Shown here one piece after another: positions 38,873 to 55,189 of a stretch of 64,000 bases of DNA. The DNA lies in the NCBI GenBank assembly GCA_902531245.1, contig CACADH010000003.1, forward strand, positions 15,394-79,393, given 5' to 3'. Each line of letters opens with the position of its first letter. The first letter of the stretch is position 1. A program made the position numbers and the translations under genes. Source of the DNA: an uncultured SAR86 cluster bacterium. Lineage in GTDB: Bacteria > Pseudomonadota > Gammaproteobacteria > Magnimaribacterales > D2472. Under the pieces are notes generated by a model. It was not told the DNA's origin, searched no databases, and saw only the letters and a list, made by a program, of their open reading frames with translations.

Positions 38873-41674
38873 ATGAGTTTATCTATGAAGGAGCTTTGGG
38901 GTAGCTCGCATATTTCAGCAGGACATGCAGCCTACTTAGAAGATCTTTATGAAACTTTTATAAATAATCCAGAAGATCTATCAAAAGAATGGTTAGATTT
39001 CTTTACTAATCTACCTAAGCATCCAAATTCAAATGGGGAAATATCTCATAAAGACATTATTAATGAGTTTAAAAATTTATCTAGAAGCAAGTCTGTTAAA
39101 AAAATATCTATAGATGAAAGACAAGGAAAAGTTATTAGACTTATCAAGTCTTATAGAAACAGAGGTCACCTTCAAGCAACTTTAGATCCTCTTGGGATGA
39201 TGGAGCACAAGAGTGTTGAAGATCTTAGTATTGAATTTCATGGTTTGTCACAAGATGATCTCGATGAAGAGTTTTATACAGATACTTTTACTGATAAAGA
39301 TAAATTAACTCTTAGAGAGATTGTTGATCAATTAAAAGCTAGTTATTGTGGCAACATTGGCGTTGAGTGCAATCATATTTTTGATTCAAAGGAAAGAAGA
39401 TGGTTCCAAAGAAAATTTGAATCAAGATTAAAGGAATATAGTTTCAACAAAGAAGAAAAAATTAATATATATGAAAGGTTAAATTCAGCAGAAGGATTGG
39501 CAAAGTATTTATCTGCTAAATATCCTGGAATGAAGAGATTTGGAATTGATGGAGCCGAATCACTAGTTCCATTGGTTGAAAGTGTAATTCAAAACTGTGG
39601 ATCCTTAGGCGCAAACCAAATTTGTTTTGGCATGGCGCACAGAGGTAGGTTAAATTTATTAGTAAATGTTTTAGGAAAACTTCCATCTGAATTATTTTCA
39701 GCTTTTGATGAAGAGGAAAAATTAGACGGAGCAAATACTGGTGATGTTAAATATCACTTAGGTTTCTCCTCAAATTTTAATACCCCTGGTGGAGAGGTGC
39801 ATGTATCTTTGTTTAATAATCCATCACATTTGGAGATAGTTGATCCTGTTGTACTTGGTTCTGTAAGAGCTAGACAGGATAGAATTAAAGATGAAGACAG
39901 ATCGCAGGTTGTACCTGTTTTACTTCATGGCGATGCTTCTTTTTCTGGTCAAGGTGTTGTAATGGAATCGCTACAAATGTCTCAAACAAGAGGCTTTGGA
40001 GTTGGTGGAACAATTCACATTATTGTTAATAATCAAATTGGCTTTACAACAAGCAATATAGATGACTCAAGATCAACCGATTACTCTTCAGACGTTGCTA
40101 AAATAATTCAGGCTCCAGTTATACATGTCAATGGAGATGATCCTGAGATGGTTCTTAATGCATCTAAAATAGCATGCAAATATCGTAATAAATTTAAAAA
40201 AGATATTGTTATTGATCTTTTTTGTTATAGAAGAAGGGGACACAACGAAGCTGATGATCCCTCAGCGACACAACCTTTAATGTATCAAAAAATTTCAGAA
40301 CATCCATCAGTTTTAACTCAATATGAAAGTTATTTGAAGGATGAAGAAATAATATCTGATGAAAAAGCCAAAAAGATTAAAAAAAATTATAGAAATTCGT
40401 TAGAAGGCGGAAAAAGCGTTGCAAAAAATTTAGCAGATAAGCCAAATGATTCCATGTGGTTTGATTGGGATCCATATCTGGATATCAAATGGTGGCCAAA
40501 AGTTCAAACGAATTTTAATAAAGATAAACTTAAAGAGATTGGAAATTCCATCAACATTGTTCCAAAAACATTTAATTTAGGTACACAAGCCTCAAAGATT
40601 TTTGAAGACAGAATAAAAATGAACAATGAGGATATTTTGCTAAATTGGGGATATGCAGAAAACATGGCTTATGGATCGCTTCTAAGTGAAGGATATCCAA
40701 TTAGAATTACTGGACAAGATGTAAGAAGAGGAACTTTTTCTCATAGACATGCGTGTGTTTTTGATACAAAAACAGGTATGGGTTTTATTCCCTTATCAGA
40801 AATAGCTAAAACTTATGATACAAGATTTGATATATACGATTCATTATTATCTGAAGAAGCAGTTTTAGGGTTTGAATATGGATATTCTGCAACATGGCCA
40901 TCTGGTCTGACAATTTGGGAGGCGCAGTTTGGAGATTTTGCTAATGGAGCTCAAGTAGTTATTGATCAATTTATAGTCTCTGCACAACATAAATGGGAAA
41001 GACTATCTGGATTAGTAATGCTCTTACCTCACGGATATGAGGGACAAGGTCCTGAACATAGTAGCGCTAGAATAGAGAGATTTTTACAATTATGTGCATC
41101 AGAAAATATTCAGGTTTGCGTTCCAAGTTCACCAAAGCAAATATTTCATCTTTTAAGAAGACAAGCAATTAGAAAAATGAGAACACCATTAATAGTCATT
41201 TCACCAAAAAGTCTTCTAAGAAATCCTGAAGCAGTTTCAAGTTTCAAAGAATTAACAGATGGTCAATTTGAATGTGTAATTGATGATGAAATTAAAGATT
41301 CTAAAAAAGTTTCAAAAATAATAATGTGTTCTGGAAAGGTGTTTTATGATTTAGTTAAAAAAAGAAATGATAAAAAGCTTAAAAATATTGCGATAATAAG
41401 AATAGAACAATTGTATCCTTTTCCTTATGATGACCTTGAAGAAATCTTAACAAAGTATCAAAATGTAGAAGAATTTATTTGGTGCCAAGAAGAACCTTTA
41501 AATCAAGGAGCTTGGTTTAGTCATAGGCATAGGATTCAAAGAGTTTTAGATAGGCTTAGTGAGGGACATGAAGTACATCTAGTCAGCAGGCCAGCAGCAG
41601 CTGCGCCCGCTGTAGGATTAATGAAACTTCATCTTCAGCAGCAAGAAGATTTAATTAACGAGGCAATTTTTTAA
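38873..41674 (+). CDS. sucA: 2-oxoglutarate dehydrogenase E1
   Basis: [43 protein letters not shown]. Confidence 0.98.
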   Translation: MSLSMKELWGSSHISAGHAAYLEDLYETFINNPEDLSKEWLDFFTNLPKHPNSNGEISHKDIINEFKNLSRSKSVKKISIDERQGKVIRLIKSYRNRGHLQATLDPLGMMEHKSVEDLSIEFHGLSQDDLDEEFYTDTFTDKDKLTLREIVDQLKASYCGNIGVECNHIFDSKERRWFQRKFESRLKEYSFNKEEKINIYERLNSAEGLAKYLSAKYPGMKRFGIDGAESLVPLVESVIQNCGSLGANQICFGMAHRGRLNLLVNVLGKLPSELFSAFDEEEKLDGANTGDVKYHLGFSSNFNTPGGEVHVSLFNNPSHLEIVDPVVLGSVRARQDRIKDEDRSQVVPVLLHGDASFSGQGVVMESLQMSQTRGFGVGGTIHIIVNNQIGFTTSNIDDSRSTDYSSDVAKIIQAPVIHVNGDDPEMVLNASKIACKYRNKFKKDIVIDLFCYRRRGHNEADDPSATQPLMYQKISEHPSVLTQYESYLKDEEIISDEKAKKIKKNYRNSLEGGKSVAKNLADKPNDSMWFDWDPYLDIKWWPKVQTNFNKDKLKEIGNSINIVPKTFNLGTQASKIFEDRIKMNNEDILLNWGYAENMAYGSLLSEGYPIRITGQDVRRGTFSHRHACVFDTKTGMGFIPLSEIAKTYDTRFDIYDSLLSEEAVLGFEYGYSATWPSGLTIWEAQFGDFANGAQVVIDQFIVSAQHKWERLSGLVMLLPHGYEGQGPEHSSARIERFLQLCASENIQVCVPSSPKQIFHLLRRQAIRKMRTPLIVISPKSLLRNPEAVSSFKELTDGQFECVIDDEIKDSKKVSKIIMCSGKVFYDLVKKRNDKKLKNIAIIRIEQLYPFPYDDLEEILTKYQNVEEFIWCQEEPLNQGAWFSHRHRIQRVLDRLSEGHEVHLVSRPAAAAPAVGLMKLHLQQQEDLINEAIF

Positions 41675-42888
41675 TGGGTATTAAGATAAAAGCACCTACA
41701 TTTCCAGAATCGGTCGCCGACGGGACTATTGCTAATTGGGTAAAAAAAGAAGGCGAAGATATAAATCAGGATGAAGTAATAGCCGAAATCGAAACTGACA
41801 AAGTTGTTCTTGAGGTTTTAGCTCAATCAGATGGAGTAATTTCTAAAATTCTTAAAACAGAAGGTGAGACTGTTGAAAGTTCTGAAATTATAGGCGAGTT
41901 TGAAGAATCTAATGAACCTTCTGAAATTAAAAATACAGATACTCAAAAAAAATCTAAACCAAAGAAAGAAGAAAAAATAACAGAAGAGCCTCAAAGCAAA
42001 AAAGCAAATATTGAAAATAAAAAGATAGCACCAGCAGCTAAAAAAATGATACTAGAAGAAAATTTAGATACTAACGACATAAATCCTACAGGAAAAGACA
42101 ACAGAATTACAAAAGCTGATGTTATAAAACATTTAAGTCCTGATGAAGAAGAAATTAGCTCTTCAGAAAGCTCAGTTTCTAATGGTGGTAGGCCTGAAAA
42201 GCGCGTCCCAATGTCTAGACTTAGATCTACAATTGCTAAACGACTAGTATCTGTAAAACAAGAAACAGCAATGTTAACAACCTTCAATGAAGTCGACATG
42301 TTGCCTATTAAAGATTTAAGAAAAAAGTATGGAGCTGAATTTGAAAATGAACATGAAGTAAAACTAGGTTTTATGGGATTTTTTGTAATGGCTGCAGTTC
42401 AAGCTCTTAAGAAATTCCCAGTTGTTAATGCATCTATTGACGGAAATGATGTTGTATATCATGGTTTTCAAGATATTGGTGTTGCGGTATCGACTGAAAG
42501 AGGATTGGTTGTACCAGTAATCAAAGATGCTGATACAAAATCATTACCTGAAATTGAGAAATCTATTATAGAATATTCTGATAAAGCAAGAAATGGAAAA
42601 TTATCTATCGAAGAGATGCAAGGGGGAACTTTTACAATATCAAATGGTGGTATTTTTGGATCTTTACTCTCTACTCCCATACTAAATGCACCTCAAACTG
42701 CAATATTGGGTATGCATGCAATTCAAGACAGGCCTGTTGCTATTAATGGAAATATTACTATCAGGCCTATGATGTATCTTGCCATGAGTTATGATCATAG
42801 ATTACTTGACGGCAAGGAGGCTGTTACTTTTTTAGTTTCAATTAAAGAACAACTTGAATCACCTGAGAGATTATTACTAAATTTATAA
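41674..42888 (+). CDS. sucB: dihydrolipoamide succinyltransferase E2
   Basis: Lipoyl ETDKV motif, [16 protein letters not shown]. Confidence 0.97.
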   Translation: MGIKIKAPTFPESVADGTIANWVKKEGEDINQDEVIAEIETDKVVLEVLAQSDGVISKILKTEGETVESSEIIGEFEESNEPSEIKNTDTQKKSKPKKEEKITEEPQSKKANIENKKIAPAAKKMILEENLDTNDINPTGKDNRITKADVIKHLSPDEEEISSSESSVSNGGRPEKRVPMSRLRSTIAKRLVSVKQETAMLTTFNEVDMLPIKDLRKKYGAEFENEHEVKLGFMGFFVMAAVQALKKFPVVNASIDGNDVVYHGFQDIGVAVSTERGLVVPVIKDADTKSLPEIEKSIIEYSDKARNGKLSIEEMQGGTFTISNGGIFGSLLSTPILNAPQTAILGMHAIQDRPVAINGNITIRPMMYLAMSYDHRLLDGKEAVTFLVSIKEQLESPERLLLNL

Positions 42889-42901
42889 TATTTTAATAAA
42901 G

Positions 42902-44320
42902 ATGTTTGATGTAGTCGTTATAGGAAGTGGACCAGCTGGATATGTTTCAGCTATTAGAGCTTCACAATTGGGTTTAAAAACCTTGTGTGTAGAACAATCA
43001 ATAGATGAAAAAGGAAAACTAAACCTCGGCGGAACATGTTTAAATGTTGGATGCATCCCATCTAAAGCACTTTTAGATTCATCACAGAGATACTATGAAG
43101 CTAATAAAAATCTTGCCGATCACGGTATCGTGGTTGGAGACTTAAAATTAGATCTTAAATCAATGATGAAGCGTAAAGATGACATAGTTTCTAAGCTAAC
43201 TGGCGGAATTAATGGTCTATTTGCTGCAAACAAGGTTCAATCAATTTCTGGAAAAGGTAAGGTAGTATCAAATAATATCGTTGAAGTTACAAAAACGGAT
43301 GGGTCAATTGAAAATATAGAGACAAAAAACATTATTTTAGCTACTGGTTCTAAACCAATAGAAATACCTTCAGCAAGTTTTAGCGAAAATATTGTTGATA
43401 GCACAGGAGCGTTATCATTTAAGAAGTTACCAAAGACTGTTGGCATAGTTGGTGCTGGAATAATAGGATTAGAGTTAGGTAGTGTATGGTCAAGACTTGG
43501 ATCAGAAGTAACTCTTCTAGAGGCATTAGATGATTTTCTGCCTATGGCAGATCCAGATATATCAAAGGAATCATATAGAGAATATAAAAATCAAGGTCTA
43601 GATATTAAATTAAGCTCAAAAGTCATAGATACAGAAGAACTCAAAAATTCTGTAAAAGTAACTTATGAACAAAAAGGCAAGAAGCATGAAATGGAGTTTG
43701 AAAAGTTAATTGTAGCTGTTGGAAGGATTCCAAATTCTGAAGAAATTTTGTCTGAAGATGTAAATATCAAAATTGATAAAGGATTTATTGAGGTAAATGA
43801 ATTTTGCCAAACTAGTATTCAGAATATTTGGGCTATAGGAGATCTAGTAAGAGGACCGATGTTGGCACATAAAGGAAGTGAAGAAGGAATTATGGTTGCT
43901 GAAAAAATTGCTAATAATCATGTGCAAGTTAACTATGATCTAGTTCCATCTGTAATATATACCCATCCTGAGATTGCCTGGGTTGGTATGAATGAAAATG
44001 AATTAAAATCAAAAGGCATTAATTTTAAAATAGGTAAGTTTCCTTTTGCTGCAAGCGGAAGAGCGTTAGCAGTTGACCAGTCTGAGGGTTTTGTAAAAGT
44101 TCTAACAGATATTAAAACTGATACAATTCTCGGCGTTCATGTCTTTGGCCCAGCTGCTGCAGAAATAGTTCAACAGGCATTAATTTCAATGGAATTTGGT
44201 TCAAGTGCTGAAGATATTGGCCTTACAATGTTTAGTCATCCAACAGTATCCGAAGCATTTCATGAAGCCGCTTTAGCTTCAAACAATCAAGCCATTCATA
44301 TTGTTAATAAAAGAAAATGA
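42902..44320 (+). CDS. lpdA: dihydrolipoyl dehydrogenase
   Basis: [13 protein letters not shown] redox-active disulfide, HPTVSE. Confidence 0.97.
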   Translation: MFDVVVIGSGPAGYVSAIRASQLGLKTLCVEQSIDEKGKLNLGGTCLNVGCIPSKALLDSSQRYYEANKNLADHGIVVGDLKLDLKSMMKRKDDIVSKLTGGINGLFAANKVQSISGKGKVVSNNIVEVTKTDGSIENIETKNIILATGSKPIEIPSASFSENIVDSTGALSFKKLPKTVGIVGAGIIGLELGSVWSRLGSEVTLLEALDDFLPMADPDISKESYREYKNQGLDIKLSSKVIDTEELKNSVKVTYEQKGKKHEMEFEKLIVAVGRIPNSEEILSEDVNIKIDKGFIEVNEFCQTSIQNIWAIGDLVRGPMLAHKGSEEGIMVAEKIANNHVQVNYDLVPSVIYTHPEIAWVGMNENELKSKGINFKIGKFPFAASGRALAVDQSEGFVKVLTDIKTDTILGVHVFGPAAAEIVQQALISMEFGSSAEDIGLTMFSHPTVSEAFHEAALASNNQAIHIVNKRK

Positions 44321-45477
44321 ATTTACATGAGTATCAGGGTAAAGCTCTCTTTGCTGAATACAATTTACCTGTCTCAAAAGGTAAGATCATTTTTAAAGCA
44401 GAAGATGTAATAGAAGCTTGTAATGAGATAGGTGGATCAAAATGGGTTGTAAAAGCTCAAGTTCATGCTGGTGGAAGAGGAAAGGCAGGTGGAGTTGAAT
44501 TAATAGATGACCCCAATGAGGGAGTTAAATTTGCTAATAAATGGCTTGGCAAAAATTTAATCACATATCAAACTGATAAATACGGACAACCAGTGAACTC
44601 AATTCTCATAGAAGAGTGTACTGAAATTGTAAAAGAACTATATCTAAGTGCAGTCATTGATAGAGAATCGCAAAAAATAGTTTTTATTGGCTCTTGTGAG
44701 GGTGGAGTAAATATTGAAGAAGTAGCTAAGAATGCACCAGAAAAAATTATTTATCAGGGCGTAACTTATGGAGATAAATCATTACCTGAAGATGCTACCA
44801 ATATTGCAAAAGTCTTAAAACTAGATGAAAAACAAACCGATCAATTTTTACCGATAATAGAGAATCTCTTAAGGCTTTTTATTGAAAAAGATCTCAGTTT
44901 GTTAGAAATAAACCCATTAGTAATTAATGAGAAAGGAGATTTGCATTGTTTAGATGCAAAAATAAACATAGACTCAAATGCTTTATATAGACAACCTGAA
45001 CTTCAAGATATGTATGACGAGTCTCAAGAAGATCCTCAAGAGGCAGAAGCTGCAAAAAGTGATTTAAGTTATGTGTCTCTTGATGGAAATATTGGATGCA
45101 TGGTAAATGGAGCTGGATTAGCTATGGGCACAATGGATACTATTAAATTTTTTGGTGGTAATCCGGCTAACTTCCTAGATGTTGGTGGTACAGCAACTCA
45201 AGAGAGAGTTGCAAATGCTTTTAAAATAATTTTAAAAGATCCCGAAGTAAAAGTAGTTTTAGTAAATATTTTTGGAGGCATTGTTAGATGTGATTTGATT
45301 GCAGAGGGAATAATTGCTGCAATAAAAGAGGTGGATATAAATATACCTGTTGTCGTTAGGCTTGAAGGAAATAATGCTGAAAAAGGGTCTAAGATTTTAT
45401 CTAAAGCTAATATAAAAATTGAAAGTATAAATAATTTATCTCATGCAGCTAAAAAAGCAGTTGAGCTAGCGAAATGA
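44317..45477 (+). CDS. sucC: succinyl-CoA ligase beta subunit
   Basis: [40 protein letters not shown]. Confidence 0.98.
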   Translation: MNLHEYQGKALFAEYNLPVSKGKIIFKAEDVIEACNEIGGSKWVVKAQVHAGGRGKAGGVELIDDPNEGVKFANKWLGKNLITYQTDKYGQPVNSILIEECTEIVKELYLSAVIDRESQKIVFIGSCEGGVNIEEVAKNAPEKIIYQGVTYGDKSLPEDATNIAKVLKLDEKQTDQFLPIIENLLRLFIEKDLSLLEINPLVINEKGDLHCLDAKINIDSNALYRQPELQDMYDESQEDPQEAEAAKSDLSYVSLDGNIGCMVNGAGLAMGTMDTIKFFGGNPANFLDVGGTATQERVANAFKIILKDPEVKVVLVNIFGGIVRCDLIAEGIIAAIKEVDINIPVVVRLEGNNAEKGSKILSKANIKIESINNLSHAAKKAVELAK

Positions 45478-46346
45478 GTATTTTAGTAAATAAAGATACA
45501 AGATTAATAGTTCAGGGTTTTACTGGATCGCAAGGAACTCTTCATTCAGAGCAATCAATAGAGTATGGAACCAATATAGTGGGTGGCGTTACACCTGGTA
45601 AAGGTGGCCAAATACATTTACAAAAACCAGTTTTTAATTCAGTTGAAGAAGCTATAAAAGAAGTTGAACCAAATGCATCTATTATTTTTGTTCCAGCAAA
45701 ATTCTGTAAAAGCTCAATTATTGAAGCTGCACAAGCTGGTATTAAATTAATAATCTGTATTACAGAAGGTATTCCAACCTTAGATATGCTTGATATAAAA
45801 AAACAAATAGATGAATTGGGAGTAAGATTGATAGGACCAAATTGTCCTGGAGTGATTACACCTGGAGAAGCTAAGCTAGGAATAATGCCAGGTAATATTC
45901 ATAAACCTGGATCTATTGGAATTATATCTAGATCGGGAACTCTTACCTATGAAGCAGTAAAACAAACTACTGATTTAGGATTTGGACAAAGTAGTTGTGT
46001 TGGCATAGGTGGAGATCCTATTCCAGGTTCCTCTTTTATAGATATGCTTAAATTATTTGAAGAAGATGATCAAACTGAAGCTATTGTAATGGTTGGCGAA
46101 ATTGGTGGTAATGCTGAGGAATCTGCTGCTGAATTTATTAAAAGTAATATAACAAAACCAGTAATATCATATATTGCAGGTAAAACCGCACCAGCAGGAA
46201 AGCGAATGGGTCATGCTGGAGCTATTATTGCTGGTGGCAAGGGTACTGCAGAAGATAAAATAAAAAAATTAAAAGAGTGCGGCGTTCACATAGCAGATAA
46301 TTTAGTTTCTATTGGTTCAAAAGTTGATGAGATTCTGAAATCTTAA
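45474..46346 (+). CDS. sucD: succinyl-CoA ligase alpha subunit
   Basis: [21 protein letters not shown]. Confidence 0.98.
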   Translation: MSILVNKDTRLIVQGFTGSQGTLHSEQSIEYGTNIVGGVTPGKGGQIHLQKPVFNSVEEAIKEVEPNASIIFVPAKFCKSSIIEAAQAGIKLIICITEGIPTLDMLDIKKQIDELGVRLIGPNCPGVITPGEAKLGIMPGNIHKPGSIGIISRSGTLTYEAVKQTTDLGFGQSSCVGIGGDPIPGSSFIDMLKLFEEDDQTEAIVMVGEIGGNAEESAAEFIKSNITKPVISYIAGKTAPAGKRMGHAGAIIAGGKGTAEDKIKKLKECGVHIADNLVSIGSKVDEILKS

Positions 46347-47691
46347 ACTTTAGAGTTTTTTTTATAATCCACCTAAGTCTGGATATAACTAAGATAGAAA
46401 AAATGGTTAAACCTATAATCATTCCATACCACATTCCTTTTGCTTCGAGAGGGTCATTAAAACCATAATTTGTTAGAAAGTATCCAATTGGCATAGCAAA
46501 AATCCAGAAAGATATGAATAATAATACCATTGGTGCAAATGTATCTTTGTAACCTCTAAGGCTGCCTAAAGCACCCATTTGAACTCCATCAGGTAATTGA
46601 AAAATTGCTGCAAATAAAGTTAAAGCTATAGCAAGCTCTTTTACAGGAATCTCTGTTGTATACAGGCTAACAATATATGAACCAAATACTAATATTATTA
46701 TGCTGTTTATTAATGCTGTAAAAGAACATAGATATATCGCAGAATATGCAGCAAATTGAGCTTGAAATGGATTTTCTTCACCTATAAGGTTCCCAACTCT
46801 TGTTGCGGCAGCTAATCCAATTGAAAGAGGAACCATAAAAAATAAACTTGCAATATTAATTGCAACGGTATGTCCAGCTACAACTATCTCACCAAAAACA
46901 CTCAAAATTATTGCAGCTCCTGAAAACATACTTAGTTCAAAAAATATTCCCATGCCAATTGGTAAACCTAGTTTAAAAACTTCTTTAGTTGTTTCAAATG
47001 AAAATGGGGTGAACTCTGAAAATGGTTTAGTGTGCTTATAATTTTTAGAAAAATTAATATAAATAATCAAAACGACCATCATCAAAAAACCAATAATTGA
47101 AGTAGCTATTCCGCAACCAACACCACCAAGCTCAGGCATTCCAAAGAGCCCATATACAAAAATTATGTCTAATGGAATATTTAATATCATTCCAAAAAAG
47201 GCAATTACAAATATTGGCCTCGTAAGCGTCATTCCTTCGCTATAACATCTCAAGCATGTATAAATAGTAAAGCAGGCTGTTCCAATTGAAACTGCTTTAA
47301 GATAGTCACCTGATATTTTTGTGATTCCTTTGTTGGTAGGTAGTTGGTCTAATATCAAATCTAGATTTGTAAATATTAAGACAATTACAATACACAAGAA
47401 AAGAGCAATCCATAGTATTTCTCTTAATTTTTTACCTATTTCTATAAACTTTTTAGCACCATATAACTGTGCAATTATGGGCGTTACAGAAAAAATGACT
47501 CCTGAAATAAAAAACCAAATAGCATTACCAAATGCGGTGCCTAATGCTAAACCTGCTAGATCATTTGCACTGGCTCTTCCAGCAACAATAACATCTGTTG
47601 CTCCCATAAGCATATACGACATTTGAGAACCAAAAATTGGTACACCTATCTTTATAAGTTGTTTAAATTCTATAATATATTTGTTATTCAA
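46309..47691 (-). CDS. MATE family efflux transporter (NorM-like)
   Basis: Multi-TM; [32 protein letters not shown]. Confidence 0.9.
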   Translation of the reverse strand: MNNKYIIEFKQLIKIGVPIFGSQMSYMLMGATDVIVAGRASANDLAGLALGTAFGNAIWFFISGVIFSVTPIIAQLYGAKKFIEIGKKLREILWIALFLCIVIVLIFTNLDLILDQLPTNKGITKISGDYLKAVSIGTACFTIYTCLRCYSEGMTLTRPIFVIAFFGMILNIPLDIIFVYGLFGMPELGGVGCGIATSIIGFLMMVVLIIYINFSKNYKHTKPFSEFTPFSFETTKEVFKLGLPIGMGIFFELSMFSGAAIILSVFGEIVVAGHTVAINIASLFFMVPLSIGLAAATRVGNLIGEENPFQAQFAAYSAIYLCSFTALINSIIILVFGSYIVSLYTTEIPVKELAIALTLFAAIFQLPDGVQMGALGSLRGYKDTFAPMVLLFISFWIFAMPIGYFLTNYGFNDPLEAKGMWYGMIIGLTIFSILVISRLRWIIKKTLKFKISESHQLLNQ

Positions 47692-47754
47692 TTTTAATTA
47701 GAAATATTTTTTTGCTACTTTATCATAGTAAAAAAATTAATTTGGAGAATTTTT

Positions 47755-48474
47755 ATTAGAAAAGATAATCGACCATATTGGCTTAAGAAATATGCTACTA
47801 AATTAAATAGATTGTATGTTAGGCACTTCCTAAAACCTCAGTTTAAGTATTTAGGTAAGGGTGGCGCATACTTTAAACCAAGATATATAAAAGTTTTTGG
47901 TTATAACGTAAGTATAGGTGACTACCCAACTATTATTGGAGCAAGAGATGCTGAGGTTAAATTAACTTCATGGAATATTGGTGACCATAAAGGAGAAATA
48001 ATTATTGGAAAATATTCTTTAATTACTCCTGGTGTAAGAATCATGGCCGCAGAGAAAATTAAAATTGGTGATGCTTGCATGATTGCCCATGGTGTATATA
48101 TTTCTGATGCAGATTGGCATGGAATCTATGATAGAGCAGAGCCAGTTGGTCAAACAAAACCAGTAATTCTTGAAGACAATGTTTGGGTAGGTGACAGTGC
48201 AATAATATGTAAGGGCGTAACTATTGGTAAAAATAGTATTATTGGCGCCGGAGCCATAGTCACAAAAGATGTGCCACAGAACTCAATCTTTGCTGGAAAT
48301 CCAGCTAAACTTGTTAAAGAACTTAATGATGAAAAATTTAATACAAGAAAAGATTTTTTTAAAGACCCAAAAAAATTAGCACATGATTTTGATATGCTAG
48401 ATAAATACACCTTAAAAGATAATACATTTTTAAATTGGCTAAAAAGTATTATTTATCCTGATGATTCACAATAA
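47755..48474 (+). CDS. hexapeptide-repeat (LbH) acyltransferase
   Basis: ISDADWH, VWVGDSAIICKGVTIGKNSIIGAGAIVTKDVP...AGNPA. Start extended from TTG 47812 to a probable ATT at 47755 behind a GGAG RBS. Confidence 0.8.
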   Translation: MRKDNRPYWLKKYATKLNRLYVRHFLKPQFKYLGKGGAYFKPRYIKVFGYNVSIGDYPTIIGARDAEVKLTSWNIGDHKGEIIIGKYSLITPGVRIMAAEKIKIGDACMIAHGVYISDADWHGIYDRAEPVGQTKPVILEDNVWVGDSAIICKGVTIGKNSIIGAGAIVTKDVPQNSIFAGNPAKLVKELNDEKFNTRKDFFKDPKKLAHDFDMLDKYTLKDNTFLNWLKSIIYPDDSQ

Positions 48475-48556
48475 TTAACTATAAGTTAACTAGAATGAAA
48501 CAATAATATGTATTAATATTTCAAATATAAATTATGTATTTAATATTTACTTAATT

Positions 48557-48572
48557 TGGCACACAGATTGCA
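48557..48572 (+). promoter_or_regulatory. sigma54-type -24/-12 promoter
   Basis: TGGCAC-ACAGA-TTGCA, an exact TGGCAC-N5-TTGC match 39 bp upstream of the TTG at 48612. Confidence 0.7.
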
Positions 48573-48611
48573 TGTATTAAATAAAGATAACTACTAAACT
48601 GTGAGGAAATT

Positions 48612-49004
48612 TTGAGTACTACTGAAATACAATCAATATCTAATGCTAGAAGCGTTATACAGACTATTTTGAAACAAACATTAGATAACCCAAACAATCC
48701 AGAGTCATTAAACTTCTTTCAGGCAGACACCTATAGATTTTATTTTTTAATGAGTTTTATGTGGGAGCATTTAGAAGAAAATGAAATGTCGCAAGAATAT
48801 GCCATCTCGCTTGTTCCAAAAAAGTATGCATCTAGAATCAAGCGTTTGCAAATATTAAAACAGGCTGTTGCTCTTGGATATATTGACGAAAAAGCATCCT
48901 CTACTGATAAAAGAAGAAGAATTTATAAACCTACTGAAAGGCTTATCCAAGATTTTTTAAAATATACCAATTCTTTATATAATCAAAATATATCTTCTGC
49001 TTAA
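48612..49004 (+). CDS. hypothetical winged-helix (MarR-like) DNA-binding protein
   Basis: GAGGA RBS; helix SRIKRLQILKQAVALGYI followed by wing S.TDKRRRIY.PT. Confidence 0.6.
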   Translation: MSTTEIQSISNARSVIQTILKQTLDNPNNPESLNFFQADTYRFYFLMSFMWEHLEENEMSQEYAISLVPKKYASRIKRLQILKQAVALGYIDEKASSTDKRRRIYKPTERLIQDFLKYTNSLYNQNISSA

Positions 49005-49059
49005 CATCAATACATATTCATTTCCTACCTAATTAGTATCTTTTTAATTACAATTAGGT

Positions 49060-49452
49060 ATGTCAGATCATATTAAAAGTGATAAAGAATGGAAAAAGCT
49101 CTTAGATCATGAAAGTTATAGAGTTACTAGACAATCAGGAACTGAGAGACCATTTAGTGGTAAATATTGGAATTTCAATAAAGATGGGATTTATAAATGT
49201 GTTTGCTGTGGTCAAACTCTTTTTGAATCTGATACTAAATTCGACGCTGGTTGTGGCTGGCCTAGTTTCTTCGTGCCTTTTAATTCTAATTCTATAAATG
49301 AACTTGAAGATAAATCATTTGGGATGAATAGAACCGAGGTTAAATGCTCAAACTGTGATGCACACCTCGGACACGTTTTTAATGATGGGCCTCAACCAAC
49401 TGGTTTAAGATATTGTATTAATTCTGTTTCCTTAGATTTTGAACAAAAATAA
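49060..49452 (+). CDS. msrB: methionine-R-sulfoxide reductase MsrB
   Basis: GTERPF, GCGWPSF, RTEV.C..C.AHLGHVF.DGP, RYCINS. Confidence 0.97.
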   Translation: MSDHIKSDKEWKKLLDHESYRVTRQSGTERPFSGKYWNFNKDGIYKCVCCGQTLFESDTKFDAGCGWPSFFVPFNSNSINELEDKSFGMNRTEVKCSNCDAHLGHVFNDGPQPTGLRYCINSVSLDFEQK

Positions 49453-51007
49453 TAAATTAATTTCAGAATCCTCTGAGGGATTATTTTCTAGCCTTAGAAA
49501 GGTTATTTCTGGAACAGGACTATCTAGATTTTTTGGTTTAATAAGAGATATATCAACAACAAATCTTCTTGGAGCAACAATATTTCATGATATTTTTGTA
49601 ATTTGTTTGAAGATACCAAATTTATTTAGAAGATTTTTTGCAGAAGGAGCTTTCAATCAGGCATTTATACCAATATACAGTGATTATGAAAATGAAAATA
49701 ATTCAGATAATACGTTTGAGTTTTTAAATTCCCTTGCTGGAATTCTAATTACAACTTTATTTATCTTTACTTTAATCGTATTAATTTTTGCACCAATATT
49801 TATTTTTATTTTTGCTCCTGGTTTCTACTTTGATCCTGTAAAAAAAGATTTGGCAATTAATGTTTTAAGAATAATGTTTCCATACCTTGCTTTAATTTCA
49901 CTGGTAGCCTTTGCAGGTGGGATTCAAAATACTCATAAAAGATTTTCAGTTCCAGCTTACACACCTGTTTTTTTTAATTTATCCCTAATTATTGCTGCAG
50001 TGGCAATTGCGCCACAGTACGAAATGCCTATTTATGTTCTTGCATGGGGAGTATTCTTAGCAGGCATAGTTCAGCTGCTAATTCAAATTTTACCTTTATG
50101 GAGAATAAATAGATTACCAATTCCAAGGCTTAATTTTAATAACCCAGGCATAAAAAAGTTTTTTAGACTAATTTTTCCTGCAGTTTTAGCTGGTGGAATC
50201 ATTCAAATTAATTTGCTGATAGACACAATTTTTGCATCTTTACTTGCAACAGGTAGCCCAACTTGGCTGTATGTTTCTGACAGATTAATTCAGTTTCCAA
50301 TGGGAATTTTTGCAATTGCAATAGGCACAGTTTTACTGCCAACGCTATCAAAATTTGATCTTAATAATGAAAAAGATAAATTTATTTCTGGAATCCAAAA
50401 GGGTCAAAAATTTGTCTTATATATTGGATTACCATCTTTAATAGGTTTGTTTTTCTGTGCAGAAGACTTGATAAGTACAATTTTTTATAGAGGTGCTTTT
50501 ACATCAGTGGATGTTATTAATTCATCTTATAGTCTGATGGCATTTTCATTTGGATTGCCCTTTTTTATGCTCATGAAAGTTTTAACTCCAGCATTCTTTG
50601 CAAGAAAAGATACTAAAACACCAATGTACGTTGCTTTAGCATCTTTATTTTTAAATGTTGTATTTAATTATTATCTAGCATTTGTTTTAGATTATGGACA
50701 CGTAGGCATTGCAATTGGCAGTTCTTTAGCAGCTATAATTAGCGTATTAACTTTAGAAATTGTTTTGTATAGAGATGGGTTTATTAAATCAAAGAGTATT
50801 GTAACTAAATTTAGTTTTAACGTATTTATTTCGAGCTTATTTTTAATGATTTTTTTATATTTTTATACTTCAGAGATAGATTTTATTAAATTAAGCCAAG
50901 TTGAAAGGATATTTTATTTATCAATTGAAGTTTTGGCTTCTGTAATTATTTATTTTTCAATTTCAAGATTAATGTTAAAAAAGCCACTCAGATTTTTATT
51001 TGATTAA
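49439..51007 (+). CDS. murJ: lipid II flippase MurJ
   Basis: [42 protein letters not shown]. Confidence 0.96.
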   Translation: MNKNNKLISESSEGLFSSLRKVISGTGLSRFFGLIRDISTTNLLGATIFHDIFVICLKIPNLFRRFFAEGAFNQAFIPIYSDYENENNSDNTFEFLNSLAGILITTLFIFTLIVLIFAPIFIFIFAPGFYFDPVKKDLAINVLRIMFPYLALISLVAFAGGIQNTHKRFSVPAYTPVFFNLSLIIAAVAIAPQYEMPIYVLAWGVFLAGIVQLLIQILPLWRINRLPIPRLNFNNPGIKKFFRLIFPAVLAGGIIQINLLIDTIFASLLATGSPTWLYVSDRLIQFPMGIFAIAIGTVLLPTLSKFDLNNEKDKFISGIQKGQKFVLYIGLPSLIGLFFCAEDLISTIFYRGAFTSVDVINSSYSLMAFSFGLPFFMLMKVLTPAFFARKDTKTPMYVALASLFLNVVFNYYLAFVLDYGHVGIAIGSSLAAIISVLTLEIVLYRDGFIKSKSIVTKFSFNVFISSLFLMIFLYFYTSEIDFIKLSQVERIFYLSIEVLASVIIYFSISRLMLKKPLRFLFD

Positions 51008-51008
51008 A

Positions 51009-51960
51009 ATGTACTTAATAAGAGGACAACACAACTTAAAGTTATTTAAATCAAGATATCCCAATGTTCTTTTGTCAGGAACAATAGGGAATTTTGACGG
51101 ATTGCACCTAGGACATCAGGCAATTTTAGAAAAAATAAAAAATAATGCAGAAAAATATAACGCAAAAACAATAGTTTTTTTTACAGAGCCTCATGCTGCA
51201 GAGTATTTCTCTAAAGTAAGAGATAAGAATCAAATCCCACCTCCAAGAATATGTCCATGGAGAGAAAAAGTTCAACTTCTAAAAAAAAGTAAAATAGATT
51301 TTGCTTGTTTTTTAAAATTTAATAACAAACTTAGAACAATGTCACCCGATGACTTTATTTCTCAAATTTTAGATTCAATAAATTTAGTAAGCTTTACGGT
51401 AGGGGATGATTTTCGATTTGGAGCAGGCAGAAAAGGGGATACTGATTTATTAAAAAATTGGGGAGAGAAAAAAGGAATTTTGGTAGAAAATACCGAAACA
51501 ATAACTTTAGACGGCCAAAGAGTAAGTAGTACAAGAATAAGAGAGGAACTCTTAAATAATAATTTTAATAATGCTGAAAAATTACTTGGAAGACCATATA
51601 CATTTTCTGGAAAAATAGTTCATGGTCAACATTTAGGAAGAACGATTAACATTCCAACTGCAAATATATGGCTACCTAATCAAAGATTGCCAATTAAGGG
51701 AGTTTATGCAGTTAAATGTAAATTAAATAATCTAAGTTTAAATGGAATAGCTAATATGGGTGTTAGACCAACTGTTGGTGGTGAAAAACCAGTATTAGAA
51801 GTTCACTTATTTGAATTTAATGAGAACATTTATTCCCAGAGAATACGTGTCAAATTTGTAGAAAAAATAAGAGATGAAAAGAAATTTGATAATTTAGACA
51901 TGTTAAAATTACAAATCCAAGAGGATATATCGATAGCAAAAAATATTTTACAAAATTCCA

Positions 51961-51971
<11 letters not shown>
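51009..51971 (+). CDS. ribF: riboflavin kinase/FAD synthetase
   Basis: GNFDGLHLGHQ, GDDFRFG, SSTRIR, PTAN, GVRPT. Confidence 0.96.
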
Positions 51972-54703
<2,732 letters not shown>

Positions 54704-54732
<29 letters not shown>

Positions 54733-55189
54733 CTATAGATTTATATTAATTATTTTATTCCTCGTATTAATAGATATATCCTCAAAAGTTTTTGCAAATA
54801 GTAATTTGTTATTTGGAGAATCAATAAAAACTTTTTTTCCTTTCATTGATCTGCTTCTTATTTACAATTCAGGAATTGCCTTTGGAATTTTTGATAATAA
54901 AGGTGATTTGGCTTCAAATTTATTGTTGATACTAACTATCATAATCACTCTTTATCTTTTATGGATGATTGTTAATGAAACTAAAGTTAGAAATAAAATT
55001 GCTTTGTCATTTATAACTGGCGGCGCGATTGGTAATGTCCTAGATAGAATTAATGATGGGAGCGTAACAGACTTTCTTCATCTGAAAATATATAATTACT
55101 CACTTTTTGTATTTAATTTAGCCGATGCATTTATAACGATAGGGGCAATATTAATTATATACTTTGAATTTAAAGATTATTTGAAATGA
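54704..55189 (+). CDS. lspA: lipoprotein signal peptidase
   Basis: NSGIAFG, GAIGNVLDR, VTDF, FNLAD. Confidence 0.95.
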
